DNA of 60,849 bases, counting the filler, from Fonticula-like sp. SCN 57-25 (lineage: Eukaryota), in assembly GCA_001724245.1 (NCBI GenBank). It is 9 parts of 9 records of this genome, joined end to end, with 100 filler letters (N's around TTAATTAATTAA, not from the genome) between each part and the next. Parts side by side here need not be neighbours in the genome. Positions count along the whole stretch, not along the records: positions 1 to 5,910 come from MEDX01000501.1; positions 6,011 to 12,032 come from MEDX01000502.1; 7 more parts are not named here. One strand, 5' to 3'. The notes below the pieces were generated by a model. It had not been told where the DNA came from, searched no databases, and saw nothing but the letters and a program-made list of their open reading frames with translations. This document shows, piece by piece, positions 1-12,132 of this stretch; position 1 is the first letter of the stretch; each line of letters opens with the position of its first letter. Made by a program: the position numbers and the translations under genes.

Positions 1-1228
1 AGAGCGGTTCATTGTCGCTACTCCGGAGGGTCTGTTTGGCGCTCGCCAGCGGCAGTTGTTTACCCTCTGTGATCTGGCTGCGGTGTTGCACCGCTCCGTT
101 GCACTGCTTCCCTACGCGGGCGAGTCGCTTTCGCGCGTCTATGACTATCGGCAGCTTGCACGGTCTCTGCAGCCGGGCTCGCGCATCGTCGACATTGCTG
201 ACCTGATGGGGGGCGAGACGTGCCTTGGCACAGACGCTATATACTACCACGCAGATATGTCCGTCGGAGCCGCAGGCGCCTGCGGCATCAGCGGCGAGAG
301 GAAGACAGTTAAGAGGTGGCATAGCGGCGATTTCGAAGAGAGTGACATTGAGCCGAACGATTTTGAGTTTGGCTTCATCGAGTCGCTAGCTCGGGGTCGA
401 CGCGCACTGACGAGCGATAGCAGCGCCAAGAGCACGGGCAGCAGCTTGCGCACGTCCGTCGTCAATGGCACAATCAAAGGGAGCAAGTCGCTTTTGGAGG
501 CTGGCGCGAGTCCCTTTAGCTGCGGAACGCCTCTTGCGCCTTGCTCGTACCGGTTCTTTGAGTCGCTCGGCCCGCTGCGCGCTGCCGCTGCACGCCGCTG
601 GCTCGTTCTGACGGGCGAGTCGGCCGATATGGTACTGGCTGCCAATCAACCTGGCTCGATGCGCATGTCAGCCGAAGACAAGGCAGAAATACGCGCTCTG
701 CGGCAGGCGATTCCGGGTGCCATTCGTTCATTTAACAAAAATGTCATAGACGCTGGGAAAGGTTTGTTTGACGCGTTGACGGACCCGAATGCGCCCCGCT
801 CGCTGCTGAACCCCATGCGCAATTTAACGATTCCCACCACGTCTCTATGCGCGCATGTTGCGATTGCAGATCGATTCCGTTCGGGTTTCCTCAATTCCAC
901 GGCGAGCATGCTACGTTACTTTATGCAGGAGAACAATGTCGGGCAGCTCTTTATTGTCACGGACGCCGACGCCGACCAGCTAAAGGAGCTTATGGCGCTG
1001 CTGCCTTTTGCTATGGTTAACTGTAACATGGGCAACCGCGATTCGCCGCAGTCGCCTGAACTCTGCAAGTCGACGGTGGTCGAGAAGCTCGCATTGCTAC
1101 AAACTACCTGTGCAATGTTTGACAACGTCGTTTTGACGCCTTCAAATCACTTTTCTACAAGTATCAAGTCGCTCAGAAGGTCAAGTCAGCCGAAACCATT
1201 GTATTTTTCGCCCATGCTTCTAGTATAG
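1..1228 (+). CDS. 5'-truncated protein with a C-terminal region resembling a degenerate O-fucosyltransferase (GT-B) domain
   Basis: Frame is open for at least 390 aa. The motif order LCAHV..AD, LFIVTDA, LLQTTCAMFDNVVLTPSNHFSTSI recalls O-FucT HLRxxD, VFxATD, IDQxICAxAxxFIGTxxSTFS, but the catalytic Arg is missing. Confidence 0.4.
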   Translation, partial: ERFIVATPEGLFGARQRQLFTLCDLAAVLHRSVALLPYAGESLSRVYDYRQLARSLQPGSRIVDIADLMGGETCLGTDAIYYHADMSVGAAGACGISGERKTVKRWHSGDFEESDIEPNDFEFGFIESLARGRRALTSDSSAKSTGSSLRTSVVNGTIKGSKSLLEAGASPFSCGTPLAPCSYRFFESLGPLRAAAARRWLVLTGESADMVLAANQPGSMRMSAEDKAEIRALRQAIPGAIRSFNKNVIDAGKGLFDALTDPNAPRSLLNPMRNLTIPTTSLCAHVAIADRFRSGFLNSTASMLRYFMQENNVGQLFIVTDADADQLKELMALLPFAMVNCNMGNRDSPQSPELCKSTVVEKLALLQTTCAMFDNVVLTPSNHFSTSIKSLRRSSQPKPLYFSPMLLV

Positions 1229-1267
1229 TACAGATTATAATGCATAATAATACACAGTATACAATAA

Positions 1268-2442
1268 TTACATATCAAGAAACGAAAGCACACGCTCCTT
1301 GGCTTCTACAAGCAGCTGATATTCACTATCATCCGCAGGAGTAGAGGTATCCTCGCGTTCAGAGCGCGCCCGTTTTCGAAGGCCACCAAAATGCATCGTG
1401 CGCGCGTAGCTCATAAATTGGTCTCCAACTATGTCACTCACATCCAAAGACGGGGACTCGAAAGATCTAGCATTCGCATAGTAAGCAAAAAGCAGTAAAA
1501 AGCGTAAAATCGCACCTCGCTTGTTTTAAAAGCCGCTCAAACATTTCCCATGCACTCTTATCGTCCGGCACTGCGTCAACGCGACTGACGACCAACCTTA
1601 ATGCTCTCCTGACCTTGTCCGGTCGACTGCTATCAGCCAGCAGCGCCTCCATGGCCGCTGTAAAGATGCCCGCAGCGCATGCGGGGTCAAGCGCAAGAAT
1701 GTGCCGGGCCGCCTTGGCCTGCCACTTGGCAGCCTGTGTTGCCATGGCCACTAGCGGAGCAGTGTGGTGGACGATATGCCACAACACCACATTGTCCGTG
1801 TTGCTGTCCATGATGCGAACAAGCTCTGCGCGGGCGGTGCGCCGCGAGGTAGCGTCGTTGCTGCGGGCGAGGAGTGCCATCCGGACCTGCAGGAACAGCT
1901 CGGCCTCGGGGTCGAGCTCGACTGCGCGCTTGAAATGTTCAAGCGCCCGCTCAAGCATGGTTTGGCTGCGGCGCTGCGAGGTCCCCTTCTTCGCCTCAAC
2001 TTCACTTATAGCAAGTGCAATAAGACCAAGATAGCCGTGAAACAGAGCGTTCGCGCTGAATGGCATCAGCTCAATCCGGCCGTTGATGCAGTCATATGCC
2101 TCGCTGAGATCGCCGAGGCGAACCAATGAAAGCGCCATCTCTAATAGAACCTGCTCGCGACGCGTCCCAGCCGCCAAATGGTGCTGAAGGTAGCGCCAGG
2201 CATGGCGCTTGAGACTGGCATGCTGCTGAAGTAAGAGCAGCGTCGAGCGCCAGACAACGTCCTCCGTTTCAGTGCTGCTCGAGTGTGAAGCTTCGAGAGA
2301 CTGGAGGAGAACCGACGTAGCGGCAGATACCGAAGACCAATCCCTTTCAAGCGTTCCTCTCCTCACCTGCAAAGTAATGCAACGCGTCAGACACCCAAGC
2401 CACCTGAGACCTCACGTACGAGCTCCACCAACTGGCCCTCAT
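1268..2442 (-). CDS. TPR/helical protein, RRN11/TAF1A-like (RNA polymerase I core factor subunit), 3 exons
   Basis: 301-aa ORF 1467-2372 plus in-frame spliced flanking exons. LERDW...WR..LL, EMALSL..G...EAY.....PF..NALFHGYLGL and ALEHFKRAVELDP resemble Rrn11/TAF1A. Confidence 0.5.
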
Positions 2443-2483
2443 GTAGCCGCCGTGCGCCGATGCCTACCCGCCACATAGATCGC

Positions 2484-2511
2484 GCAAACTGCAACTTGAT
2501 TTCCAGTTTGC
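2484..2511. promoter_or_regulatory. GCAAACTG motif pair in a ~100-bp bidirectional promoter
   Basis: GCAAACTGCAA at 2484 and inverted CAGTTTGC at 2504; the same motif lies near starts at 4110, 20748, 46780, 49888, 50931 and 53063. Confidence 0.5.
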
Positions 2512-2541
2512 ATCGCAGCTTGACACACGCGGCCATCAGGC

Positions 2542-3972
2542 ATGACGGGCCTCTTTTCATTCGGGGCTGCGCCGGATGCACGCCTTGCCGCAATCTACGA
2601 CTCTTCCGTGAAGGGAGAGGCACCCAAGGTTGTGTCGGTAGCTCGCCCGGCGCCCAAGGTTGTATCCAAGCAGAGCGTCGATCTCGTCGGTCGTGTGGAC
2701 CGGAAGCGCAAGTCTGCTCCTGCCACTGACTCGCCTTCAAGCGCCTCTGCCCGGCCTTCAAAGAAGAAGCGCACTCTTCAGGCCGACAAGGACGACTCGT
2801 CAGAGTACGAGCGCCGCCATCTTGCGTCGCTCTACCGCGAGTCCGATGCGCCTGCCGACACCAAGCCCGCGGCGGACAAGCCGGCGCCGTCAAAGCCGGC
2901 CAAGGCGCCCAAGCCCCCGGTGGACAAGTCGAGCCCCGAGCGCCTTGCGCGAACGATCTTTGTTGGCAATGTGCCGACCGCAGCGCTGACAAAGGCCGGA
3001 ACGCGCCTTCTTCGTAGCCGGTTCGCCAAGTTTGGTGCCGTCGAGTCGCTCCGGTTCCGCTCTGTGGCTGTGTCAGATCCGACGCTTCCTCGCCGCGTGG
3101 CGATCGAGAAGGGTCTTTTGCACGACGGCCGTGACAGTTCTAATGCCTACATTGTGTATGTGGACCGGGCTTCGGCGGAGGCTGCCCTGGCGGCCAACGG
3201 CGAGCTGTTTGAGCTGCCAAAGTCGGTTCTGGCCTCCGTTCGGAGAAAGGTCCGTAAAGCCGCCACAGAGGAGGAGGCCGACAACGACGTCGACGAGGAG
3301 GAGGATGTCTCTGATGCCGATGATGATGACGCTGAAATCCCCGATGACGATGAGGAGGCGGAGAACGACGAGGAGGACGATGACGGCGCGAGCGGATTCT
3401 CCGAGGCCGATCTTGCAAAGCACATTCGCGTTGACATGGCCGATGGCTCGTCAACCCGCAAGAAAGAGGACATGAATAGGACAGTTTTTGTTGGCAATCT
3501 TCCCTTTTCGGCAACCGACGAAGCCGTCCGTGCGCACTTTGCGACGTGCGGGCCGGTCGAGTACGTGCGCGTGGTTCGCGATAAGGCGACCGCGCTCGGC
3601 AAGGGGTTTGCCTATGTGTGCTTTAGCGACAAGGCCGCTGTGGCGCTTGCTGTTAAGCTGAACGGCGCCGCTTTTATGAAGCGTCCGCTGCGCGTCAGCA
3701 GGGCGCGCGATTCGGAGTCGCTCAAGTTGAAAAAGAGCCACGACGCTGCCAAGCAGAAGGAGCGCAATTCCGGCCGCCGCCCAGTACGCCTTTACTTTTT
3801 TATATAATTTTTTTTGCTTATATACGATACACAGACGGTTGCACGGAACTTTGAGGGCGAGCACGCATCCACGGATGGAAAGCCCAAGCGCAAGATCGTC
3901 AAGCCGAAGCATTTGAAGCGCAAGGCAGAGCAGGCGGCTGCCGCTGCCGCTGCTGCTGCCGCCAAGAGTTGA
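2542..3972 (+). CDS. RBM34: Nucleolar RRM protein RBM34/Nop12
   Basis: Two RRMs (RTIFVGNVP..FGAVESLRFRSV..NAYIVY; RTVFVGNLPF..VEYVRVVRD....GKGFAYV), acidic linker, one intron near 3784-3833. Confidence 0.9.
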
Positions 3973-4216
3973 TGAAATGGGACGGCGTCTTTCATACTCG
4001 TGTAAATATAAAGTGTTTGCAAGACAATACTGTATACTCTATGGCCATTCTCTATGGCTAGCCATATGAATGAATATTATTGTGGACAAGGTGCAAGTTT
4101 TGATTTGATGCAAACTGCAATCATTTTGCGCGCGCTTTTTGGCGGGCAAAACGGCGGGTAAGTTGTTCGTTCTGTGACAGTACAGTCGTTGCCGACGTGT
4201 CGAGCGGGCGGTCAAC

Positions 4217-5910
4217 ATGGTAGTTTTAATCGCGCAAAGCGTTTTAGATAAGCTTCCAGGAGATCATTCGTTGTATTACCAGCTATGCCGCTGCAGGCGG
4301 ATATTGAGCGTCGTTGGTGCCGGCATATCGACCGCCGCTGGCGTGCCCGATTTCCGCTCCAAGGGTGGCCTCTATGACTCGGCCGCGTCTATGGGCGGCG
4401 CAGGTGCTACGAGCGGATTAATAGGCAAGGAGCTATTTGATGCCAACCTTTTTCGTGATGAGGCTGCGATGGCCGTGTTTCTCAAGTTTATCAACAATTT
4501 TAATGATCGAGTCAAGAACGCAAAGTCGACGTGCGCTCACCTCTTTTTGAAGCATCTACAGGACAATGAACGCCTTGTGCGCGTGTATTCCCAAAATATT
4601 GATATGCTGGTTCGTATTCTGGTAGAGTTATGTTTTGCATGCTTACGTCTGCTAGGAATCGCGAGCTGGTCTCGCCAATGACCGTGTCGTTCATCTGCAC
4701 GGCTCCATCTCGCACATGTTTTGCCCCGTTTGTCGCTTCCGTGACGAGCTGGGCAAGCACGCGACCTCGCTGGCCTCTGGAGAACCCCCAACGTGCCCAG
4801 AGTGCCACGAGCGTGCCGCACTAAAGGAGATTGCTGGGCAGCGGGGCGGCAGTGTAGGTCTTCTTCGGCCCGACATCGTGCTCTACAACGAGCCGAGCCG
4901 GAACGGGGACTTTATTGCGGCGACCCTCACCAAGGACTTGGGGAGCAAGCCTGATATGCTTTTGATTATTGGAACGTCGCTCAAGGTAGACGGGTGCAAG
5001 CGCCTGGTCAAGGACGCCGCAAAGGCCGTCCACGCCCGCAACGGCATCGTCGTCTTTGTCAACAACACCGACATCAACCTGAAAGAGTGGGACGGGATTA
5101 TCGACTTTTTCTTGAAGGGCGATGCGGACGCAATTTTGGGCAAACTTTGGAATAAGATGAATTCACTTACACCCCAGGGTGCGGATATTTTTCTTGTTGA
5201 TGGGTCTCTAATTTGAAGCAGATGTTCGCCGGAAGCCGGGCAGCACAGTGCAGGCGCCGCGCAAGCGCAAGGGCCCAGGCGGCACGACAGAGGCGGCGGA
5301 CGCCCTTTTGTACATTGACCAGGCGGACTGGGAGTCGTCGCGCACTTTTTTCTCGCGCCAGGTGTTTCAGCATGAGCAGCCCGCCAAGCGCATAAAGTGT
5401 GAAGTCGTCGTTGACAGCAAGATGCGAGGCAAGGCCGCTGCAGAAGCAGCTCCAAAGGGAGACCGTGTGCAGTCAAAGGCGAAGCCTATTGCTCTAAAAA
5501 GTGCCGCAAACAAGGGAGGCAAGGCAGTATTGTCATCCAAGGCCACTTCGCTCAAGGCAGCATCGTCGACCAAGTCCGTCGCTTTGCTCAAAGCTGCAGC
5601 ATCTCCACGCAAAACTGTCGCTTCTCCGCTCAAGGGAGCACGAAACATTGCTTCACCTCTCAAGGCGTCTCCGCGCAAGGTGGCTTCTCCTCTCAAGGCG
5701 TCCCCGAGAAAGGCGGCTTCGCGCAAGGCGTCGGTCGTTACCCCTCGCAAGAATGCCCAGGTGAACCAGGATTCGGTTATTACCGTCTCTACCTCCCCTG
5801 ACAAGCCGGCACCGTCCGGCAGGTCTCCGCGGAAGCAGCTGCCTGTGGCGCCGCATCTGGCTTCCCCTCGCAAGGTTGTGGGATCTCCGGTAAAGTTGGT
5901 AAGCAACTCG
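4217..5910 (+). CDS. NAD-dependent deacetylase, Hst3/Hst4-class sirtuin with SPxK-rich tail; 3' end cut by spacer
   Basis: GAGISTAAGVPDFRS, YSQNID, HGS, CPVC/CPEC zinc motif, GLLRPDIVLYNE, PDMLLIIGTSLKVDG..LVK; introns near 4610-4656 and 5179-5221. Confidence 0.88.
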
Positions 5911-6010
5911 NNNNNNNNNNNNNNNNNNNNNNNNNNNNNNNNNNNNNNNNNNNNTTAATTAATTAANNNNNNNNNNNNNNNNNNNNNNNNNNNNNNNNNN
6001 NNNNNNNNNN
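5911..6010. other. Artificial contig spacer
   Basis: N run with TTAATTAATTAA (stops in all six frames). Confidence 0.98.
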
Positions 6011-7371
6011 TCCTCGGTAAGCGCATTGCAAAAGACAGATCCATTCGCTTCCTCGTCGCCGGCACACGCTTCGAGGGCCTGGAACTCTTCGTTGCTCATG
6101 ACGGGTACAGTCGGCACGTGGGCAGCGACCTCCGAATCGCTCGACGAGCATGGTGCCGCGGCAGTCCAATCGTGCAGCAAAGAGCCTGCTGTGCACTGCG
6201 CGGTGAAAGACAAAAAGAAAGTGTGAAGCGAGCAGCTGGTAGCATCCTTTTAACGCTCGCCCAACGGCGGATCAAAAAAGGTGTGCCGCGGGATCAAAAT
6301 CTGAATAGGCGGTGGGATCTTATTTGAATCATACAAGGCCGGAGTCTACTCTTAAAGCTACGACGCAAATGGTGTATGACATGTGATGTAACACATACTG
6401 GCTGGTTGGCGCCTCAAGGCTTGCGCATCGTGGGTGTGCTCTAATAATAATCGTCCGCGTCTTCCATCTCAACCCAACCATCCTCGGAATCCAGCTCGGT
6501 ATCTTCAAACTGTAGTACACACGCCTGGGTGGAAGGTGCCACTTCAGCGTCGCCTTGCGCATCTTCAGCGGCTAAAACACGCTCTGTTAGTCAGAACGGC
6601 AGACGGCAGACAAAAAATTATTTTCATGGCCGTACGTTCGCTGCTTGACGGAGGCAGCAAATCTTGTTTGGGGAACTCGAGCGTTACCGGCATACGACAG
6701 AATCGAATGGAGAGCGTCGCTCTCTCAAAAGACTTAACAAACCGTCTCACTGCGTCGTCAAACCAAGTAGCGGCACTAGCAAAGAAACCGCTTGTAGAGC
6801 TTTCGTGGGAGCGATGGATTTCAAAGGTAGCACGTGTCAGCACCGACTTGCGCGAGTCATTTTTATCTGGCAACGGCAGAGAGACCTTTGCGTTGCAATG
6901 AACCAGCGCGTTTTTCCCTTGCAGCGAAGGGGCAGAAGACAAGGGGCCTGCATGCGATAAACGACGCATATCCAAAATAAGCTTTGGGCTCAAATCGGCA
7001 ATACTGCGTTTACCCACTGGTCCACTGGCAGGATTCTCGATGCGCGTGCTGATCTTGTCGTAAATGGTAATTGCGCTGTTTACCTTAAGGAACTCGGTGT
7101 CATCGGCGCAAGGGCTGGCTTGCGGTTGAAGTGCCTCCCAATCTCCCGTTACGTTGTTAACATCGACGACGTGCTTCCTCACCACCAAAGCAACGAGCGG
7201 TACGACCGCTCCTGGCGCCACCATCTGGCAGACGAAGAAAGAAGGCAGGGAAAAAAGCAAACTAAAACTGGAGCATGAGACGATCACGGACCATGCCATA
7301 CTTTAGAGACGATTTTGGTTCCTAAAAAATCGTAGCCTTTCCTTTCCCGCCCGCGTGACGCCGCCTCGGCA

Positions 7372-8399
7372 ATGTCGACGCTTGGAGTTCTCCCCACTCG
7401 GGTACCACTTTTTGCGAAGTACATTCTTGCGTTAATGTTTGTATTTCAGTTTTGTACCTTGGGAGACCCCCCACCGCCCCTGCACTTTCCAGATGAGGCA
7501 TCCGTCGCCGAAGCGATAAGTTGGCTTGCTGACGTGATGACGAGGTGGTGGTCTCTATCCTCTTACACCACCTACGCGCAACTAGCAGATGACGATGTTT
7601 ATAGATCAATCGAAGACTCCATTAGCGGCAGTTTCACTCGCGACAAAATTATGAGTACCTTGTGTCCCCCGCTCGAGAGGTTTGAAAACAGTCGCAACAT
7701 GGGGCCTTGCACCAACGATGTCAGAGGTCTACTCAAGCACTTGAAGGGCGAGGCCAACAATGGTATGGTCTCACCTGTGCAGCAGGCTTTGTACGTGCCC
7801 TCAAGTGCCCTCTCGTGTTCTAATTGGTTGCTCGTTTCAGTCGCAGGGAGTGTCTCAACGCCATGTTCATTTCGCCTGCATTCCGCCCACCACTTGCTGC
7901 CGATGCAGTGCCCGACCACGCTGCGCTTGTTCTGCGATTCTTCACGGGTAAGTCGATGGATCTACACTACATACTACTTGATGTTGCACTTAACCGGCAG
8001 CCAATTTGTATAACACGGCACCAACCGGTTCCTTCCTTAGCTGTGTTCAAAACCGCATTCGAGATCAGACTTTACGACAACAAGGATCGCATTGCGTGGA
8101 CTAAGACCGATGTTAACGGACTGGTAGAGTGCAAGTTGGAGTTTTTGGTCGATCGTTCGATCGATGTACATTTTATGGCTACCATGTCTGGTCTGCGGCT
8201 TTGCCGAGACAGCGATGAACCGCATTCTTTCAAAAAACGGTCAATTCATAAGGGTAAGTTCGTCGTCCTCCCATGCAAACATGACGACAAGTTTCTGGCG
8301 CAAGATTTGATCGAGATGCTTACAACTGCAAATGGGCGTATTGCAAGGGCGAATGAGCTGGACTCGTTCCTAACTCAGACTGTTCCGTCTCAATTTTAA
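7372..8399 (+). CDS. Hypothetical protein, at least 2 exons
   Basis: ORFs 7372-8013 and 7824-8399 join in frame through a GTACGT...CTAAT...TTTCAG intron at 7791-7840. No recognisable family; start uncertain. Confidence 0.4.
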
Positions 8400-10053
8400 C
8401 ACGTAAGAAGTTGGGATCGTGTGTCTCACTGGCTGGGTTTGAAACACATTTTCGACAAAAACTTTGTCTTTCATGAAATGAATATTATTACCTCCGGCCG
8501 AAATGGATGAGGCTGAATAAAAATTGCTCTGGATTGGATCGAAATGACACAGAATGAAGAGGGCGTCGTGTGGTGCGTTCACCAGTATGTTCCCATAGAA
8601 CAAGCAAAGATGAGAGGAAGGACATTCTATTTGCCTGACTACAATCCCTTTCATACAGCCTACAGTCAAACCGATCAGGAGGATTGAGTAGTATACTATG
8701 GGGAACTGGCCCCTCGGCCCGACCACGCTGGTTCGGAGGCGGCGCAACAGCATGTGCTCTTCGCTCTCGTCAAGGAAGGTGTCGAGCCGTGGCCGAGAAA
8801 AGCGGGACGTGCACGAAGAGCAGACCGCGGAATGACAAAATTGGCGGGTACATGCGCCACAAAATCGAGCACTTCGTGGACGCCGGAAAGCCTCCCCTAA
8901 TGTGGCAAAGGCCAGGCGGCGCCGTCAGGTGAGCGCCGCAAGATCGGCGGCAGCGCACGGCGCCAGAGTCATGTCGACTCGGCTGGCAGTTGCACATAGA
9001 ACAAACTCCAGACCTGGTCAGCATGGAGTGCTACACGCCACACGTATACGAGAAGCGGATCGCTCATAAGGATCAACGGCCCTGGCGAGCCTCGCAGTTC
9101 AGAACGAAACCTAGCTCGTCAACGGCCGAGAAAGAGTTGAAGCCGCAGACATACACGACATAAAACGAGGCAAAGCAAGCGCGTCACGGAAATGCTCGTG
9201 AACATCAGGGAAATTCAAGCCGCTCTTCGCCCGCATCCGGCACGTGAACGAGCACTGGCGGCAAAGATCGCGCGGCGACCGGGCCGACAGCGGGCTTCAT
9301 GGGCGACGCTCTACCTTCAAAATACGACAGTGGCCGGGCCTCATGATATGTTGACAGAGAGAAGGTTTGAAGAAAATACCGACGTCGCGTTCGAAAAGCG
9401 CCACCCGTTCACGGCAGCGGGCCGCAAGGTCTTTTGCGATGGGACGAAGGTCTAGCCACAGATCAGAACCCTGCGAGACTCACAATAGAGATAGCGTACA
9501 ATTACATGGCGTCACTGGCGCTCATCTCATCAGCGATCCGCAACCCCAAGTGTACTCGAGCACCGGGAAACATCGATTCCCACAAGGAATGGAGGGAAAG
9601 CCAGCGAGCCAGCTGGCGAGCCTGAAACATCCCCAGATTCCACCCCAGATTACTTCTTCGGGCGACGGCGGCGTCCGTCGGCATATGATATGCCCGGGCG
9701 CGGCCTGGCTGGTCAAGTCGCTTCAGACCGTCTAATCGCACAACCCGTTTGCGTTTTAGTATCTTTTTGAATCCCCCCCTTCCGTGTTTTCAATTTTTTC
9801 CTGGGCATGGCGGTCGATTCACCGGACCGACACTGGTTTGCCTGCCTGCGAACTGCTGTTCGCTCTTTTTAGCGCATTGAAGGGCACGACGTCGTTGGAT
9901 GATGTGGTTGCGTGACAAGTCAAGTGAAGATGCGTTCGCTGCCAAGCTGCTGAAGTTTTTCTGCGCACACCGCTACGATCTATTTGCCGATGAGCACACT
10001 ATGGTCTGCTCGCGCTGCTCAAGCGATGGGGGCTGTCTCCTTTCCCGTCACGG

Positions 10054-11109
10054 ATGCTTGGCTGTGCGGACAACACCAAGATCAACATTTTTTATGCTTT
10101 TATCCCAGGCCAGCACTCGGTCGTTTTCACCGAAACAAACGGCGTCACGTCATCGTTGCGTTTCGTCAAGGATTCACCTGTCGACGACCGATGCTGGACG
10201 GCCGACGATGTGGATGTCTACCAAGCAAACATGAAGGTGGTCGTACCCGCTTTGTGGACACACGAGTGCCTTCTTTACTCAAGCGCCGTGATTAACGTTG
10301 TCGACCTCTGTAATCCTAAGGCGTCTCCGTGGGAATGGTCTACGAACGATTTTCATATGGAAGTGGCCGACGCGTGTCCTTTACCTGGCGAACCCGCTGT
10401 CTTTGCTGCTTCGTACAATATTTCTGGCGGTGAGCGAGAGATTGTCTTATTTGACACTCGTTTATCTCCGCAATCGAAGTATACCAGGAAGGTATGGTCT
10501 GGCTCGCAGAATAAAGTGCGCTTCACGGCACTTGCCGCGACGTCGAGCTCGAATGTCGCCCTTCATTCTGATGGCCAACTTGATATCTTCTCAACCAGTG
10601 GCGCAGGCAACGGCACTACTGACAGAGAGTACATGATTCCGCACCCCCCTCATCCTGTAGGAACATCTTTAAGCTATACCGCCATTACGAATCCCCGATA
10701 CGATTACTTGGAAGTAGACGGCAATTTTGCCTGCATTTCTGGCGACGGCGATTCGTGTTGCGTGAATATAAAACACAATCAATGGCATCGATTGAGTGAA
10801 AGGAAGGCATTGGTCACTCCTATCGCAGACGGTAGGTCTAACGGCAACTTTACTTGCGTTGGTTTTACTGAGGAGGTGGAAGAGGCAACTGATTGGGAGA
10901 TTGAAGAGGCGAATATTCAAACCAAGGTGAACGTCACGGCCTCAGTCTCGCGCGCTGTTATCGATGTCGATGCCCACCGCACGAGTGTGCCAGTTCCCAT
11001 TGCCCTCACCTCGAATCAAGTAGGACCAATGTCGGTGGATTTCTTTCTGAACGTATCGTCCGAGTTTTATGTTTTGTCATTAGAGCAAACTCCGATCTTT
11101 GTGCAGTGA
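10054..11109 (+). CDS. Hypothetical beta-rich (propeller-like) protein; true start probably upstream
   Basis: 351-codon open frame with WD-like fragments (IVLFDTR, FTALA....ALHSDGQLDIF). Confidence 0.4.
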   Translation: MLGCADNTKINIFYAFIPGQHSVVFTETNGVTSSLRFVKDSPVDDRCWTADDVDVYQANMKVVVPALWTHECLLYSSAVINVVDLCNPKASPWEWSTNDFHMEVADACPLPGEPAVFAASYNISGGEREIVLFDTRLSPQSKYTRKVWSGSQNKVRFTALAATSSSNVALHSDGQLDIFSTSGAGNGTTDREYMIPHPPHPVGTSLSYTAITNPRYDYLEVDGNFACISGDGDSCCVNIKHNQWHRLSERKALVTPIADGRSNGNFTCVGFTEEVEEATDWEIEEANIQTKVNVTASVSRAVIDVDAHRTSVPVPIALTSNQVGPMSVDFFLNVSSEFYVLSLEQTPIFVQ

Positions 11110-11885
11110 GACTGTACGCACGCCCTGCACCGTCGTTCCCCTCTATCAACAGTGCGGGTGAGAAGAATATGCGCGTGTCGGCAGAGGCCGCAATCGACCC
11201 AGATGGTCATCTGAAACGGCAGAATTGTGCCAAAGCCGCATATATCACTGTAATAACACTGAATAAAATATCAATGAGCTTAAGTAGTCTTGGGTTTATA
11301 ATATTATTAGAGCGCAAGAGCAGAAAAGGCGTCCCGATCAGACAAAATCAGGCATGAATCAGAACGGATCAGAGAGTGCAACCGGTTGCACACATCCTTT
11401 TTCGAAGTTGCTGGCGAAGGAACAGCGGCATCTTGCCATGCCGCCACCAAAATGTAGGCAGGATTTGTGCATATACCAGCATATTATGCATTGTTAGGAA
11501 TTTTAACTTTACTATTGTATTCTCAGGGCCCCCAGCAAGATCATCATGATGTGGCTCGGATGTAGGACTGATCGTGATGCAACTGATGCATGCTGAGGAG
11601 CATTTGAAATCTAGAAAGACAGGGAGAGATAGCCTTTGCATTCATTTTGCTATCGTCGGCGTTAGATGGAAGCCGGGTGCGCGGCGTTCGCACATGTTCA
11701 ATAAAAGTGGTCGTCTGCCGCATGTACGCACAATTGGACCATAATCTCTTTGCACAATCAATACCAATTATCAATACATAAGTACCTTTAACATTGGACT
11801 ACTATACACAAAGTAATACAATTCTCACATTCATTGAAATAAGCCATACACATAACCGAGTAGTATATAGTATTCTTATTGACTG

Positions 11886-11886
11886 G

Positions 11887-11936
<50 letters not shown>
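11886..11936 (+). repeat. (GTT)17 microsatellite
   Basis: Perfect trinucleotide run. Confidence 0.97.
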
Positions 11937-11938
<2 letters not shown>

Positions 11939-12032
11939 AAATAGTATATTGAAGTGCTATGCACCGGACGGGGACCGCAGTAGCCCGCCCTTACAAAAGA
12001 AACGAATTAAATCATGCAAGATCTGAAGCAAT

Positions 12033-12132
12033 NNNNNNNNNNNNNNNNNNNNNNNNNNNNNNNNNNNNNNNNNNNNTTAATTAATTAANNNNNNNNNNNN
12101 NNNNNNNNNNNNNNNNNNNNNNNNNNNNNNNN
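12033..12132. other. Artificial contig spacer
   Basis: N run with TTAATTAATTAA. Confidence 0.98.

Noticed and set aside
11886-11936. (GTT)n as a telomeric repeat
   Set aside because: Internal, short, ordinary microsatellite.
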